Source of the DNA: Okamejei kenojei
Taxonomy: Eukaryota
Reading direction: 5' to 3'
Assembly: GCA_035221665.1 (NCBI GenBank)
Contig: CM069142.1
Location: 124,001 to 188,000 of the forward strand
DNA length: 64,000 bases
The position numbers and the translations under genes are program-made. Under the pieces are notes generated by a model that saw only the letters and a list, made by a program, of their open reading frames with translations, searched no databases and was not told where the DNA came from. This document shows, piece by piece, positions 12,201 through 26,636 of the stretch; the stretch's first letter is position 1; the number at the start of each line of letters is the position of its first letter.

Positions 12201-15200
12201 ACCCGTGCACTCCCTCTTCTCCCCTCTCCCATCAAGCAGAGAGTCAGCAAAGTGGAAAACGCACACCACTCCAGATTCAGGGACAGTATCTTCCCAGCTG
12301 TTATCGAACAACTGAAACATCCTACCACTATCAGAGTGCAGCCCTGACCTACCCACTTCTAATCCCCATTTGGAGGCCCTGGGACTATTTTTATTTCCAA
12401 CTTTATTGGACCTTTACCTCTTGCACTAAACTTGATTTCCCTTGTCCTGCAAATCGTACACTTGATTACAATCAGTATAGCCGTTTGGGTGCTCAACTGG
12501 GTTGCACGCAACAGAACCTTTTACTGTACTGCTGTACATGTGACAATAAACTAAACTAACTATTTTGTGAGTAGTATTTTACTTTGTGATGAACAGTTAA
12601 GTTCCTGCAAACATTCTGTCTAAAGACTCAGTGGCGCAGCAGTAAAAGATACTGCCTTAACAGCACCGGAGACCCGTGTTCCCTCCTGACTTCGGTGCTG
12701 TCTATATGGAGTTTCTACATTCTTCCTGTGATCTGTGTGGATTCCTCTCCCTGATGCTCCAGTTTCCTCCCCCATTCCTCTAAAGACGTACAGGTTTGTG
12801 GGTTAATTGGCTTTGGTAAAATTTAAATACTCCATGAGGATAGTGTTATGGTGCGGGATCGTTGGTCGACACGGACTCAGTGGGCTGAAGGGCCTGTATC
12901 CTTGCTGTATCTATGAAACTAAGCTAAACTTGAAATTGCTTTTAACAATTTACCATGTGTAAGAAAGAACTGCAGATGCTGGTTTTAAACCAGGAAGGTA
13001 TAGACCCCAAAAATGCTTGGAGTAACTCAGTGTGTCAGAACAACCAATCTCTGGAGAGACACAAAAAACTGGAAATAACTCCCAGAGATTGCTGCCTGAC
13101 CCCGCTGAGTTACTCTGGCTTTTTGTGTCTAACAAATATCCATGCCCTTTCAACTCCAGTCTTGCGATAAACTATTTTTTTTCACTACCAAAGAGCCATT
13201 TAGAGAGTATTACAAGTTTGCTGTCCTGGGCCAATCGGTAATGATATGTAAAAAAGAGCCAGAAGACAGAAATGTCTTATTGTGGTCAGTCTGGCCCAAT
13301 GACTACCCAACCCATCCCTTATTTCTACTCTGTTGTAACTTAGTCAAATTTAAGTCCCCCCGAATGTGAAATGAGAGCATTTTTTGTGGTTAGTCTCAAA
13401 CCTTGTGAAATGGCTTAATCGACCCTGAGCAACAGGAACTGCAGATGCTGGCGTTTAACAAACCAAAATACACCTCAATGTACGGCTGGAGTAACTCAGC
13501 GAGACAGACAGCTTCTCTGGAGAACATGTGACAGGTTCTGACGAAGGGTCCCAACCCGAAATTCACCCATTTTTTCCCCGGAGATGTGGCTGAGCGGCAC
13601 TCTGTGTCCTATCGTCGGTATACATCCCAGCATGCGGCAACTTCCAACCTGCACATTATAGTGACTTTTGGGGTTGGGACCTTTCTACAGATTGTTTTGG
13701 TGGAGGGGAGAAAGTTGGAATAGGAATCATCAGACAGAGAGGCAATAAGAGAGAATCTCCTCAGAGAGAGGAGAGAACTTCAAAGTAGGAAGACCTTGAG
13801 AGATTTGCAATGGAGCAGTAAAATGTCGAACACAGGGAACTACAGATGCTGGTTTACAAAAAAAGACACAGAGCACTGAGAATCTCAGCGAGGATCAGGC
13901 AGCATCTCTGGAGGACATGGATAAGCGATGTCTTCCAGCAGTATAGCAGTATACAGATGTCCATTTTTAGCTTGTTTGGCATAGAAACAAAGAAATTTAG
14001 TTTCAGTGCAGGAGAGCCATTCGGCCCTTCGAGCCAGCACTGCCATTCATTGTGATCATGGCTGATCATCTTGCAAATATAGCACAAACACTTTTATGAC
14101 TGACTTTAACATTGATTAGATTGTTGAAAGGTACAGCGTGGAAATAGGCCTTTTGGGCCATCTAGTCCACGCCGCCCACCGGTCATGCCATTCACATGGG
14201 TTTATGGGTAGACAAAAATGCTGGAGAAAATCAGCGGGTGAGGCAGCATTTATGGAGCGAAGGAAAGTAGGCAACGTTTCGGATCGAGACCCTTTTTTAG
14301 ACCCAAAACATTGCCAAGTTCCTTTGCTCCTAGATGCTGCCTCACCTGCTGAGATTCCTCCAGCATTTTTTGTCTACCTTTGATTTTTCCAGCTTCTGCA
14401 GTTCCTTCTTAAACAGGTCTTTGTTTATGGGTATTTTTAAAGCAGAGAAAATGACAGGTTCTTCAAAGGTTATGGGGAAAAGGCTGAGAGAATGGGTCGA
14501 GGGAAAACTAGATTGGGCATGATCAAATGGCGAGCAGAATTGATGGGCCGAATGGCCTAGCTTATACCACTTTTCCCATTCACTACCACACTAGGGAGCA
14601 ATTTACAGAGGCAAAGTAACCTACAACCTGCACGTCTTTTTAGGATGTGGAGGTAGCCGGAGCACTCAGAGGAAATCCATGGTCCACAGTGAGGATGTAC
14701 AAACTCAAACACAGACAGTACCTGAAGTCAGGATTTGAACCGGGTCCATGGGGCTCCTGAGGCAGCGGCTCTACCAGCTGTGCCACTGTGCCACACAATA
14801 AACACTGTGTTGTCAATGTAGCTTTTGGTGGGAGCTCGATAATTAACCCTGTGATGTCCTTATTTGTTGAATCTGCTGTTCCTTAGTGACTTACAGTTCA
14901 TTTTTAACCTACCTTCTGAATCATGATGGATATTCACTGACAAGGCCCAAAATGCTCATATTTTCAACAGAGCAGAAGAACCCTTCCAAATTCGAGACGC
15001 ATAAAACTACAATTGGACAAACTTTTGGATTGTTCTTCCTGGCCAGTCAGAATCTTATCCCAGGGTAGAAATATAAAAGACTAGAAAAGATAGCTTTTTA
15101 ATGTGAGAGGGGCCAATGACAACAGCTCAGACTTACGACCGTTAAGGCACTATCAACCTTTTTTAACATTCAATAACAGTTTCTGTTTCTTCCCAGAGCG

Positions 15201-18200
15201 GTTATCAGGCGACTGAACCGTCCTCTCACTAACTAGAGAGTGGTCCTGTGGGTACCATCAACCTCATTGGAGACCCTTGGACTAACTTTAAACTGACTTT
15301 ACTGACTTTACCTTGCACAAACATTACAGCATTTATCGTGTATCTGTGCACTGTAGATAGCTTTATAGCTTTCACAGCTATAATCATGCAGAGTTTTTCC
15401 GCCGGCTGGTTAGCATGCAACAAAAGCTTTTTACTTCACGTGTACGTGTGACAATAATTAACTTGACTAAACGGTGATCTTGAAGGATACAAGATGGCGC
15501 CGAAACATGCCGACACTCTTGTGCACTGACTCAGTGCAATATTCTTACACTCTTCAACTGAAGCATGAAATGTGCTGTTGCATAGTAAGATTTTTACTGA
15601 CCCTCTGAGCAAAGTTTAAGGGAGGTATGCGGGGCTGGTTTTGTTTTTACACAGAGGGCAATGGGTGCGCGGAACATGCTGCCAGGGGTGGTGGTGGAGG
15701 CAGGTGCAATAGTGGCATTTAAGATACAATGAATGGGAATACCGGTATTTTAGATGGGCACAATGGATATGCAGGGAGAGAAGGGGTATGGGTCACGTGT
15801 AGGCAAAGGAGATCAGTTTACCTTGGCATCGTGTTCAGCACTGACATTGTGGGCTGAAGGGCCTGTTCTTGTGCTGTACTGATCTGTGTTCTGTTATTGA
15901 TAGTTAGGTTATAATTAATTAAGTTATGAGAAGCATAGATTGGAAAAATCAAATACTAGAGGGCAAAGCTTTAAGGTGAGAGGGCCAATGTTTGAAGGGA
16001 TGTGCAGACGCGTTGTTTTACACAGAGGGTAGTGAGTGCCTGGAACGCACTGCAAAGGCAGATACAATAATGGCGTTGAAGAAACTTTTAGACAGACACA
16101 TGGATACACAGGGAATGGACATGTATGGATTATGTGCAGGTTGATAACAGAATTTTTGCATCATGTTTCTAGCTCACTTTACACATCCTTTTGATATGAT
16201 CAAAGGAAACAATAATAAAATGAAGACTTTTAGATGTTTGATGCCTCAACGTCTGGCCCGATTAAGAGAAACAACAGGGTCCATGTTGACCTAATTAAGA
16301 TGGTCACCTGACCAAGACAAACAAACTGTTGGTGTTGACCTAATTCAGACTCTCCAGTAACTTGGCCTGATAGATGTAGTTCAAAAATTACACGTGAAGA
16401 TGGTGTCAACATCAAGCAGTGGGAATGTTAGAGACCCATCAATTTGCAACACACACAAACTGGAGGTACAGCACCTCATATTCCACTTGGGTAACTTACC
16501 ACCCAGCGGTATAAACATTGAAAGTGCTGGAGTAAGTCAGCGGTCAGGCAGCATCTCTGAGGGACATGGATAGGCAATGTTTCTTTGGACTGCACTGTAT
16601 GAAAATTGAATCTCCTATTTTAATAAATACCTTCCTCCTCTCCGCTTTCTTTTTTCTGTTCTCTCCACCCAAATGCACACTTATTTTTCAACAATCTCTT
16701 CAGACCTCCCCCCCACCCCTCGCATACTCGCCTCTTCCACCCACATCCCACCCTCTGACTGTATATTTTCACTCCTCCTCTTCTCTCCTTATCAACCCCA
16801 CCCACCATCACTTGTATCCACCTATCTCCCACAGTTGCTTCCTATTTTTACCCGCTGAGTTACTCAAGTGCTTTATCATTTACTCTAGACATAACAAAAC
16901 AGCTATCTACAAAATATACAATAGAATCGCTTGACAACAGGGAGGGATCCTTTAAAATTGCATTTAAAGTGGATTCAACCCTCTTCCGTCAGGCAAAGAA
17001 GTACAGAAGCTTGAAAACGCAAGCCTCCAAATTCAGGGACAGTTTCTTTCCAGCTCCTAGCAGGCAACGGAACCATCCTATCACCAATTGGAGAGTGGTC
17101 CTGATCCACCTCATTGGAAACCGTCAGACTATCCTTAACTGGACTTTACAGGACTTTAGATTAGTTTGGAGATACAGCGTGGAAACAGGACCTTCGGCAC
17201 CGAGTCTGCGCCAGTCAACACAGGTATGTATACGAATTCTATCCTACTAATTCGGGCCAATTTACAGAAGCCAATTAACCAACAGACTGCACGTCTTTGG
17301 AATGTGGGAGGAAACTGGAACGCCCTTAGAAAACCCATGCAGTCACACGGAGAACATACAAACACCGTACAGACAGCACCCGTAGTCAGGATCGAACCTC
17401 GGTCTCTGGCGCTGTAAGGCGGCAACTGTACAGCTGTGAAACCGTGCCGCCCAAATCTTGCACTAAACATTATTCCCTTTACCCTGTGGAAGACATGATT
17501 GGGAATCATGTATGTCATTCTGCTGACTGGTTAGCACACAACAAAAAATGCTTTTAACTGTATCTTGGTACACTTAACAATAAACGAAACTAAAGTGAGA
17601 ACTAAGCTGGGTGGTGATGTTCAGGGGCAGGATGTGGTGGGAGCAGAGAGTGTTTGCAAAATATGAGTAAATATCACCCTGTTTGCTTCTGCGTAATTTA
17701 TTGTAATGGCTTGCGCATGTTATTTTGAAGCAGTAGTCAGGAATTGATCTGACCTCAGATCTGACCAACTAGAAATACAGTGGTAAACAGAACAAACTAT
17801 TGCCGTGTTAGATTCCGCGGTCTATTGCTCCTGTTTTCCTCCAGTGCCAGGTAAAAGTGAAAATTATCCCCACAATCTAATTCCCTGTATCAACCTCTCT
17901 GACAGGAAAACTCCCTTAAAAAAAAGAAAGATGGATGTTAATTTTGATGACACAAGGAACTGTGGTCTGCAAGACGATTGAACCTGGAACAAAACACAAT
18001 GTGCTGAGGAACTCACAGGACAGGCAGCGTACGGAGAGGCAATGGACAAGCAGCGGTTTGGGCTAAGACCCTCCTTCAGACTAGTTGTAATTTGGGGGGA
18101 GGGAGGGGGCGGTGGAGAGAGAAAGCTGGAAAAGAGTGGTGGTGGGGGGGAAGTGGGATTTATACTTTAAGACTTTTAGACTTTGAAAGGAGACAAAAGA

Positions 18201-19080
18201 GTTGTCAGGTAAGGAGAGTAAAGGAGTGAAATGTAAAGCCCAGGTTGAGGTGGAAGGGGATGGGTGTGGTGGGTAGATGGAAAACGATAGAGTAATAGTG
18301 GGAGAAGTGGGTGCTCGCTGGGATAGGGGGAAAGGGTAAATGGTAAAAGGTGGAAAGAGAAGGGGCACAGGAAAAAAAGGGGGTGGGGTGCAGGGAAAGG
18401 ACTTTATAACTTACAATTGGAGGATTCAAATTCAACTGTTGGATTGTCTACGACCCAAGCAGAATATGTTCCTCCAGTTTTTTGATTTTACATAACGTGT
18501 GAAAAATGCATAGCTGCCCAAATAATCGGGAATCATTAGAATTCACTCACCTAGAGGGTCAAAGGAGGTCAATAACTGAGTGTATCCGGCAAGATGGGGC
18601 TAGGTGAATGATCACCAAAGATCCTCTTCAGTGTAGGACCAGGCACAAGAGATTAATGGCCATCTTATCCTTCTGATCTTTTTCCTTGTTCCTTCTTAAT
18701 CAAAGGGGGACTGCAATGAATATTGTTAAATCTAAAAATATTTTATTAATAGGATTGGAAGGTATGGAAGCCTATGGGCCAAGTGCAGGCTTATGGGACT
18801 AGCCCAGTATGTCAACTTGATCGGCATGTACAAGATGGGCCAAATGGCCTATTTCCACTCTATGACTTTAATGGACTGTAATTTAAAAATACAACAGAAT
18901 GAAGCATGTAAAGGTCCAATGAATTCATTTGACAACATGCATGTTAAGAATTTAAAGTATCAATAATCAGCCGGACTAATCATGTTGGAGTAACTCAGCA
19001 AGACGGGCAGCATCTCTGGTGAAGAAGGACAGGCAATGTTTCGGGTCAGGACACTCCTTCAAACTGAGAAAGAGTCAAGC

Positions 19081-19524
19081 TGTAATTCCGGTTCCTAAAC
19101 TTACCCCCCTCAGTCAAACCCCGAATAAGAGCACTGAAAATGTATTACACAATCAAAATACAATACCTAATCCAATACCATCAGTCTGATCCTGTCTCTA
19201 CTTTTGAGCCCAACAGCCTCATGCAAATAGAACAAACCGCAGAAGATCAGCACACCCCAATGTGCTCCCCCTCTTTTATACCTTTATAGACCCTTGGCAC
19301 GAAAATACATGGAGGGGGCAACCCCGACAAGCCAATTATCGATAGGGGAAACAATTCTGTTAGGTAAAGAAATATTCTCCTACAGGACCTAGCTCCTTCT
19401 GCAAAATCTCATACATATTAACAATTAAAGGCCATCTGGACATCAACCTCTATTCAACCCCTTCCCAGGCCATAATCCTCATGGTCTTTACAGATTTTGA
19501 AAAAGATGACAAGCAGTTTTTACA
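19081..19524 (-). mobile_element. Probable solo LTR
   Basis: TGTAA...TTACA termini; flanks caagc/gaagc (imperfect 5-bp TSD); minus-strand TATAAA motifs at ~19275-19288; no clear AATAAA. Confidence 0.45.
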
Positions 19525-20052
19525 GAAGCAGAAATCGTTCATTTCGTCAAGCACCCAAAATGCTTGATATTTATCAAAGTGACATCTTTGGAGAACATGG
19601 ATGAGTGATATTTTAGGGCAAGACCCATCTTCAGTGTGACCCAGCTCTAGATAGATACAAAGTGCTGGAGTAACTCAGCGGGTCTCTGGAGCAAAAAAAA
19701 TAGGTGATGTTTTGGGTCGGAACCCTTCTTCTGAAAGTAGAGGTGTGGGGTTCATCGGATTGGCAGGCAACATAATCAAAGACTTGCCCCACCCCGGTCA
19801 TTCCTTTTTCTCCCTGCTCCCCAGGCAGAAGGTACAGAAGCTTGAAAATGCGCACCAGATTCAGGAACAGCTTCTTCCCCTCCGTTATCAGCTTTTCCGA
19901 ACTGGTCCTTTCATAAGCTAGGGTATTGTACAATTCACCTCTACCCCATTGTGGACATTGGACTGATTCGCTGCAACGTTGAGAACTACATTCTGCACTC
20001 TGTATCTTCCCCTTTGCTCTACCTATTGTATTTGACTTCATTTACAGGTGTA

Positions 20053-21689
20053 CAGTGGCTTGCAAAAGTATTCATACCCTTTGAACTTTTCCACATTTTG
20101 CCACATTACAACCACAAACGTAAATGTATTTTATTGGGATTTTATGTGATAGACCAACACAAAGTGGTGCATAATTGTGAAGTGGAAGGAATATGATACA
20201 TTGTTTCCAAATATTATTACAAATAAAAAACTGAAAAGTGTGGCGTGCAAAAGTATTCAGCCCCCCTGAGTCAATACTTTGTAGAACCACCTTTCGTTGC
20301 AATTACAGCTGCTCTCAAGTCTTTTGGGGGTATGTCTCTACCAGCTTTGCACATTTAGAGACTGAAATTTTTGCCCATTCTTCTTTGCAAAATAGCTCAA
20401 GCTCAGTCGGATTTGATGGAGAGCGACTGTGAACAGCAATTGTCAAGTCTTGCCAGAGATTCTCAATTGGATTTAGGTCTGGACTTTGACTGGGCCATTC
20501 TAACACATGAATATGCTTTGATCTAAACCATTCCATTGTAGCTCTGGCTGTATGTTTAGGATTGTTATCCTGCTGGAAGGTGAACCTCCACCCCAGTCCT
20601 CAAGTCTTTTGCAGACTCTAACAGGTTTTCTTCCAAGATTGCCCTGTATTTGGCTCCATCCATCTTCCCATCAACTCTGACCAGCTTCCCTGTCCCTGCT
20701 GAAGAAAAGCCATCCCCACAGCATGATGCTGCCACCACCATGTTTCACAGTGGGGATGGTGTGTTCAGGGTGATGTGCAGTGTTAGTTTTCCACCACACA
20801 AAGCGTTTGCATTTATGCCCCAAAAACTTTCAATTTTGGTCTCATCAGACCAGAGCACCTTCCTCCACATGTTTGTTATGTCCCCCACATGGCTTGTGGC
20901 AAACTGCAAACGGGACTTCTTATGGCTTTGTTTCAACAATGGCTTTCTTCTTGCCACTCTTCCATAAAACCCGATTTGTGGAGTGCACGACTAATAGTTT
21001 GTCCTGTGGACAGAATCTCCCACCTGAACTGTGGATCCTCTGCAGCTCCTCCAGAGTTTCCATGGGCCTCTTGGCTGCTTCCTGATCAATGCTCTCCTTG
21101 CCCGGCCTGTCAGTTTAGGTGGACGGCCATGTCTTGGTAGGTTTGCAGTTGTGCCATACTCTTTCCATTTTCGATGATGGATTTGAACAGTGCTCCGTGA
21201 AATGTTCAAAGCTTGGGATAATTTTTTATAACCTAACCCTGCTTTAAACCTCTCCACAACTTCATCCCTGACCTGTCTGGTGTGTTCCTTGGGCTTCATG
21301 ATGCCCAAGGAACATTGTTTGTTCACTAATGTTCTCTAACAAACCTCTGAGGCCTTCACAGAACAGCTGTTATTTATACTGAATTAGATTACACACAAGT
21401 GGACACTATTTACTAATGAATGACTTCTGAAGGCAATTGGTTGCACTGGATTTTATTTAGGGGTATCAGAGTAAAGGGGGCTGAATACTTTTGCACGCCA
21501 CACTTTTCAGTTTTTTTATTTGTAAAAAGATTTGAAAACCGTGTATCATTTTTCTTCCACCACAATTATGCGCCACTTTGTGTTGGGGTCTATCACATAC
21601 AATCCTAAGAAAATACATTTACATTTGTGGTTGTAACGTGACAAAATGTGGAAAAGTTCAAGGGGTATGAATACTTTTGCAAGCCACTG
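20053..21689 (-). mobile_element. Full-length Tc1/mariner DNA transposon (IR/DR type)
   Basis: TA target duplication on both sides; ~200-bp inverted repeats starting CAGTGGCTTGCAAAAGTATTCA. Confidence 0.95.
20271..21299 (-). pseudogene. Tc1 transposase, frameshifted
   Basis: [28 protein letters not shown] and [15 protein letters not shown] motifs split over several frames. Confidence 0.9.
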
Positions 21690-22349
21690 TATGTATAATA
21701 GTATCTGATTTGATTGGATAACATGCAAAACAAAGCTTTTCACTGTACCTCGCTACACATGACAATAATAAAGCTAAACTTTTGGAACTCTCAGAAGGCG
21801 ATCAATGCCCAGTCACTAAGATAAATTGGGTTTGAGCTCAAGGAAAGTATTTGAATAGAGAAGTAAGTTTTTCAGAAGCCATGCTATGGCCTCTAGTTTC
21901 TGTTTCTTATATCTACGTATATTGTTTGTGAGAAGAGTGGTGTGGTTTTATGATAATTATCAGTTTTGTGGTCTCATTGAAGACGGACAAATTATTACTC
22001 CTGGGTTATGGGTTCTTCATAAATTACTTTTATCTTTGACCTTTAAGATGGCATATTCTGTTTCTTGGGATTGCTCGGTCCATCTCAATTCCTGTCTTTG
22101 CTGTCCCTTGTTGAAATAAACAGGCGCATAATGCAGATTTTCATTGTTTATTGAAACATTATCCTGTAACACAAAAATAATAAGTAACAATAAGACTCAC
22201 TGGTAAATATTAGTGTTATAGAGTTCATATCATAGAATTATACAGTATGGAAACAGACCCATCGGCCCAACTTGTCCACACTGACTAAGATGCCCCATCT
22301 AAGCTTGTCCCATTTGCCCGTGTTTGGCTCTCGTTCCTGCAAACTTTTC

Positions 22350-22558
22350 CTATCCATGCACCTGTCCATGCACTTGTCCATGCACCCATCCATGTACCTG
22401 TCCATGCACCTGTTCATGCAGTTGTCCATGTACCTGTCCATGTACCTGTCCATGTATTGTCCATGTATGTGTCCACGCACTTGTCCATGCACCTGTCCAT
22501 GCAACTGTCCATTCACCTGTCCATGCAACTGTCCATGCACATGTCCATGTACCTGTCC
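22350..22558. repeat. 12-bp minisatellite (CCTGTCCATGCA-like, ~17 copies) expanded within a CR1 3' end
   Basis: Direct tandem repeat; produces the spurious TCPC/MDRY ORFs. Confidence 0.9.
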
Positions 22559-24143
22559 AAATATCTTTAAAATGGTGTTATAGTCCCTGCCTCAACTACC
22601 TCCTCTGGCGGCTCGTTCCATATACCCACCACCCTCTGAGTGATAAAGGTGCCCCTCAGGTTTTTCCCTCTCACATTAAATATATGCCTTCTATTTCCCA
22701 ATTCCCTTTTCTGGGTAAAAGACTCACCTATTCCCATCATGATTTTCTATACATCTATAATATCGCCACTTATGCTCCTGTGCTTCAGGAATAGTGTCTT
22801 AGCCTATCCAACCTCTCCCAACAGCTCAGGCCCTCAGGTCCTGGCAACATAATTGTAAATCTGCTCTGCATACATCCCACCTTATTGTTATAAACATTTT
22901 ATTCTTCATGTTAGAATTGGCAAAGAGGAGAGTTTTAGAACTTTAGAAAATTGAGGAAAACAATAGAATGAAGATGAGAGGATTTATTTTAGCCAGAGGG
23001 TGGTGAATCTGTGGAATTCATTAGCGCAGACAGTGGTAGAGGCCAAGACATTGGATAATTTTAAAGCGGGGAATGATAGATTCTTCATTAGTACGGGTGT
23101 CAAAGATTACGGGGAGAAGGCAGGAGAATTGGTTGAGAGGGAAAATTAGATCAGCCATAAGTGAATGTCGGAGCAGACTCGATGGGCTGAATGACCTAAT
23201 TCTGCTACTATGTCTGATGATCTTATGGTCATTTTATTTTTAGCTGAATCTAATGAGGTATAAATGCTCTGTTCCAGGTTTATGTTGAAAAGTCATGTGA
23301 AAATCAATAAAGAATTTGATTAGTAAACACCAAATGGGCAAAAGCTAAAGTGTGGATGTGTGTGTCCATGGACTAGTTGTGACACTTGTGGGCAATTTCT
23401 GTTTCACTGATATCACTGCCAACATCTGCCAGGAATGAAGCAGGTTACAAAGAAAGGTGGACACTGCCTAGTCCATCACAGGAACAGACCTCCCCAACAT
23501 CGAAGGGATCCGCAGGAGGCACTGCCTCAAAAAGTGAACCAATATCATCAGAGACCCACCCTGGCCACGATTTAATCTCATTGATAGACACGAAGTGCTG
23601 GAGAAAGTCAATGAGTCTCATGTCTGTGTGGTGAATAAGTGACGTTTTGGGATGGGACCCTTCTTCAGACTGAGGAAGGGGGGAGGAGTAGGGATGTGGA
23701 AATGGAAGTAAGAAAAGATCGGGCCAAATCAGGGCCAGCAACAGATGACCTCAGTTAGGGTGGTTCTGATGGGATTGTTGTTGGTAGGGGACAGTGTAAT
23801 ATGACGGTGGAATATTGCTAGAATCAGAAAACTTTACGCTGGCAATTCACATATTACTGAAGTGACATCCAACTGCTAAAACTCATCCGACCACTCACTG
23901 AGCTGTTTAAGGAGAAAACCCATCCCCATCACTTTCAGCTGCTGCACATTCAGTACGAGGAATCCAGAGAAAGATATCGGGCAGAATTAATTCATTCATC
24001 CATGCTCTAATTTCCTCCCATGTCGCAAAGACGTGCGGGTTTGTAGATTAATTGGCCTTCTGTAAATTGCCCCCAGTGTGTAGGGAATATCTGTGCCTGC
24101 TATAATCTGACAATGTGACCTGGTGTCTGACCAACAAAAAAGG

Positions 24144-24630
24144 ACCAGACTGATTCCTGGGATGTCAGGACTGTCTTATGAAGAAAGACTGGATAGACTC
24201 GGTTTATACTCTCTGGAATTTAGGAGATTAAGAGGGGATCTTATAGAAACTTACAAAATTCTTAAGGGGTTGGACAGGCTAGATGCAGGAAGATTGTTCC
24301 CGATGTTGGGGAAGTCCAGGACAAGGGGTCACAGCTTGAGGATAAGGGGGAAATCCTTTAAGACCGAGATGAGAAAGACTTTTTTCACACAGAGAGTGGT
24401 GAGTCTCTGGAACTCTCTGCCACAGAGGGTAGTTGAGGCCAGTTCATTGGCTATATTTAAGAGTGAGTTGGATGTGGCCCTTGTGGCTAAGGGGATCAGA
24501 GGGTATGGAGAGAAGGCAGGTACGGGATACTGAGTTGGATGATCAGCCATGATCATATTGAATGGCGGTGCAGGCTCGAAGGGCTGAATGGCCTACTCCT
24601 GCACCTAATTTCTATGTTTCTATGTTTCTA
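24144..24630 (+). mobile_element. Young 5'-truncated CR1 LINE
   Basis: Open C-terminal ORF2 (..GYGEKAGTGY*) and TTTCTATG tail; near-identical to 55555-56045. Confidence 0.92.
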
Positions 24631-25425
24631 TTAACAGCTATTTTGTTTGTCTCGCGCTATCAGGATTTGTGTGTGTAAAATGATACAGAGGTGAACGTGA
24701 GTCTGCGGAGTGCAACTAATGTCATGTGCAAAAAGGTGCATGATAGGGGGGCACATTGGCGCAGCGGTAGAGTTGCTGCCTCGCAGCGCCAGAGACCCAG
24801 GTTTAATCCCGACTACATGTGCTGTCTGTACAGAGTTTATATGTTCTCTCCTTGATCGCGCGGGATCTCCAGATGCTCCAGTTTCCTCCCACACTCCAAA
24901 GACGTACAGGTTTGTAGGTTAATTGGCTTTGGTAAATTTGTAAAATGTCCCTAGTGTGTAGGTTAGCGCTAGTGTAAGAGGTGATTGCTGGTCGGAGTGG
25001 ACTCGGAGGGCCAAGAGGCCTGTTTCCACGCTGTATCTTTAAAGTCTAACCAGACTTGGTCAAGATATGTCATTTCATCAACGGTAGGATATACACTTGA
25101 AGAAGTGAGAAATAACATTGAGGGCAATGAGACCCTGGATTATACTCCAAGTTCACAGAGTAGAAGAATAAAAAAAGTAACAGAACTGTACTTCTTTAAT
25201 AAATACGCAAGGAACTGCAGATGGTGGCTTGGAAAAAAAGACAAAATGTTTGAATAACACAGCCAGATTTCCCTATCCTGGGTAAATGACCCTGCAGTCA
25301 CTATATTGTGTAAACCAGGCACTTGAGGTCATTTTACGCATAGGAGATTTAGTTGAAAAGAATGAAATCCAATGCAAATTAGTAGCAGCATCACTTCTTC
25401 AACTGGTTATTAACAACGAAACTCA

Positions 25426-25533
25426 TTACACGAGCAATGTCAAATGGCTGGTATGCAGTTGATCACAAGGCTTCCTTGAAGAGGAAGTGTGCTTTGGAAT
25501 ATGGATCTCACTTTGTTGGCAGTTTAATTCCAG
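25426..25533 (-). CDS. IgSF gene A exon 6 (terminal cytoplasmic: LELNCQQSEIHIPKHTSSSRKPCDQLHTSHLTLLV*)
   Basis: Acceptor tttgcttccatcag; phase 0 matches exon 5; open to TAA. Confidence 0.55.
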   Translation of the reverse strand: MELNCQQSEIHIPKHTSSSRKPCDQLHTSHLTLLV

Positions 25534-26041
25534 CTGATGGAAGCAAACAGGGCAAACAAGTTAAATGCATTGAAAAATTCTCTCGATCGGTAAAGTAGAG
25601 TGACCATTTGGGTTTGCTGACACAAGGAACTGCAGATATATTAGAGAAACAGGTCCTTCGGCTCACCGAGTCTGCGCCGACCAGCGATTAACCCCTGCAC
25701 TAGCGCTATCCTGCACACTAGCGATAATTTTTACAGAAGCTAATTAACCTGTACGCCTTTGGAGAATGAGCAGCCAGAACCCGGTGAAAACCGACGAGGT
25801 CACAGGGAAAACCTACAAACTCCGTACAGACAGCACCCGTAGTCAGGATCAAACCCGGGTCTCTGGTGCTGTAAGGCAGCAACTCTACTGCTGCGCCACC
25901 TTGCTGCCGAATGGCTTGTGTTATTAGTCCATTACATCCAATAGTGCTGATGAATCTGTTCATATAAGCTGACAATACCTCAGTGTACATTAGAGTATCG
26001 TGCACGCAACATAAGGGTAAATATCAAACTAAATTACTCAC

Positions 26042-26109
26042 CTCATTTACTAAGTTCTTTCGTTTTCTCATTCTTTGAATATCAACAGTTGTGTCATGGA
26101 CAGATGATT
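26042..26109 (-). CDS. IgSF gene A exon 5 (cytoplasmic: ESSVHDTTVDIQRMRKRKNLVNE)
   Basis: Acceptor tttttatag, donor GAG|GTGAGT, phase 1 to phase 0, open frame. Confidence 0.7.
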
Positions 26110-26636
26110 CTATAAAAATATCATGAATATTTAGTGTACTTTAGATACAGGACAGAAACAGGCCCTTCAGCCCACCGAGTCTATGCTGACCATCGATCAT
26201 ACTAGTTCTATGTTATCCCACTTTCTCGGCCACTCCCTACACACTTAGGGCAATTTACAGAGGGCCAATTAACCTACAAACCCAAACATCTTTGGGATGT
26301 GAGAGGAAACTGGAGCACTCTGAAGAAACCCACGCAGTCACATGGAGAACGTGCAAACTCCACACAGTCAGCACACAGTCAGGATTGAACCCACTGTGAG
26401 GCAGCAGCTCTACAAGCTTCAACACTGTGTTGCCCTAATTGCGTTTAAATTATGTAAATCTCTCTGGGAACTAAAGACATTCCCTTCACCACCTCCAGTT
26501 TAAATTCCAGTTGGAATATTTTGGAGGACCAAGTAACCAAGAACCAAGAACCAGGAACCAAGAAAAGACAATATTCACTTTTATATGCTCAGTTTTTAGT
26601 TAAATTACAAAATAAAATGTACAATGTATACATTAC

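Noticed and set aside
1-15000. High apparent divergence of repeats as a sign of age or hypermutation
   Set aside because: Scattered single-base indels near the gap look like unpolished long-read error
22238-22794. Cys-rich metallothionein-like TCPC ORF
   Set aside because: 12-bp tandem expansion inside a LINE tail
24750-24830. tRNA gene
   Set aside because: tRNA-like head of a multicopy SINE, continuing into the SINE body
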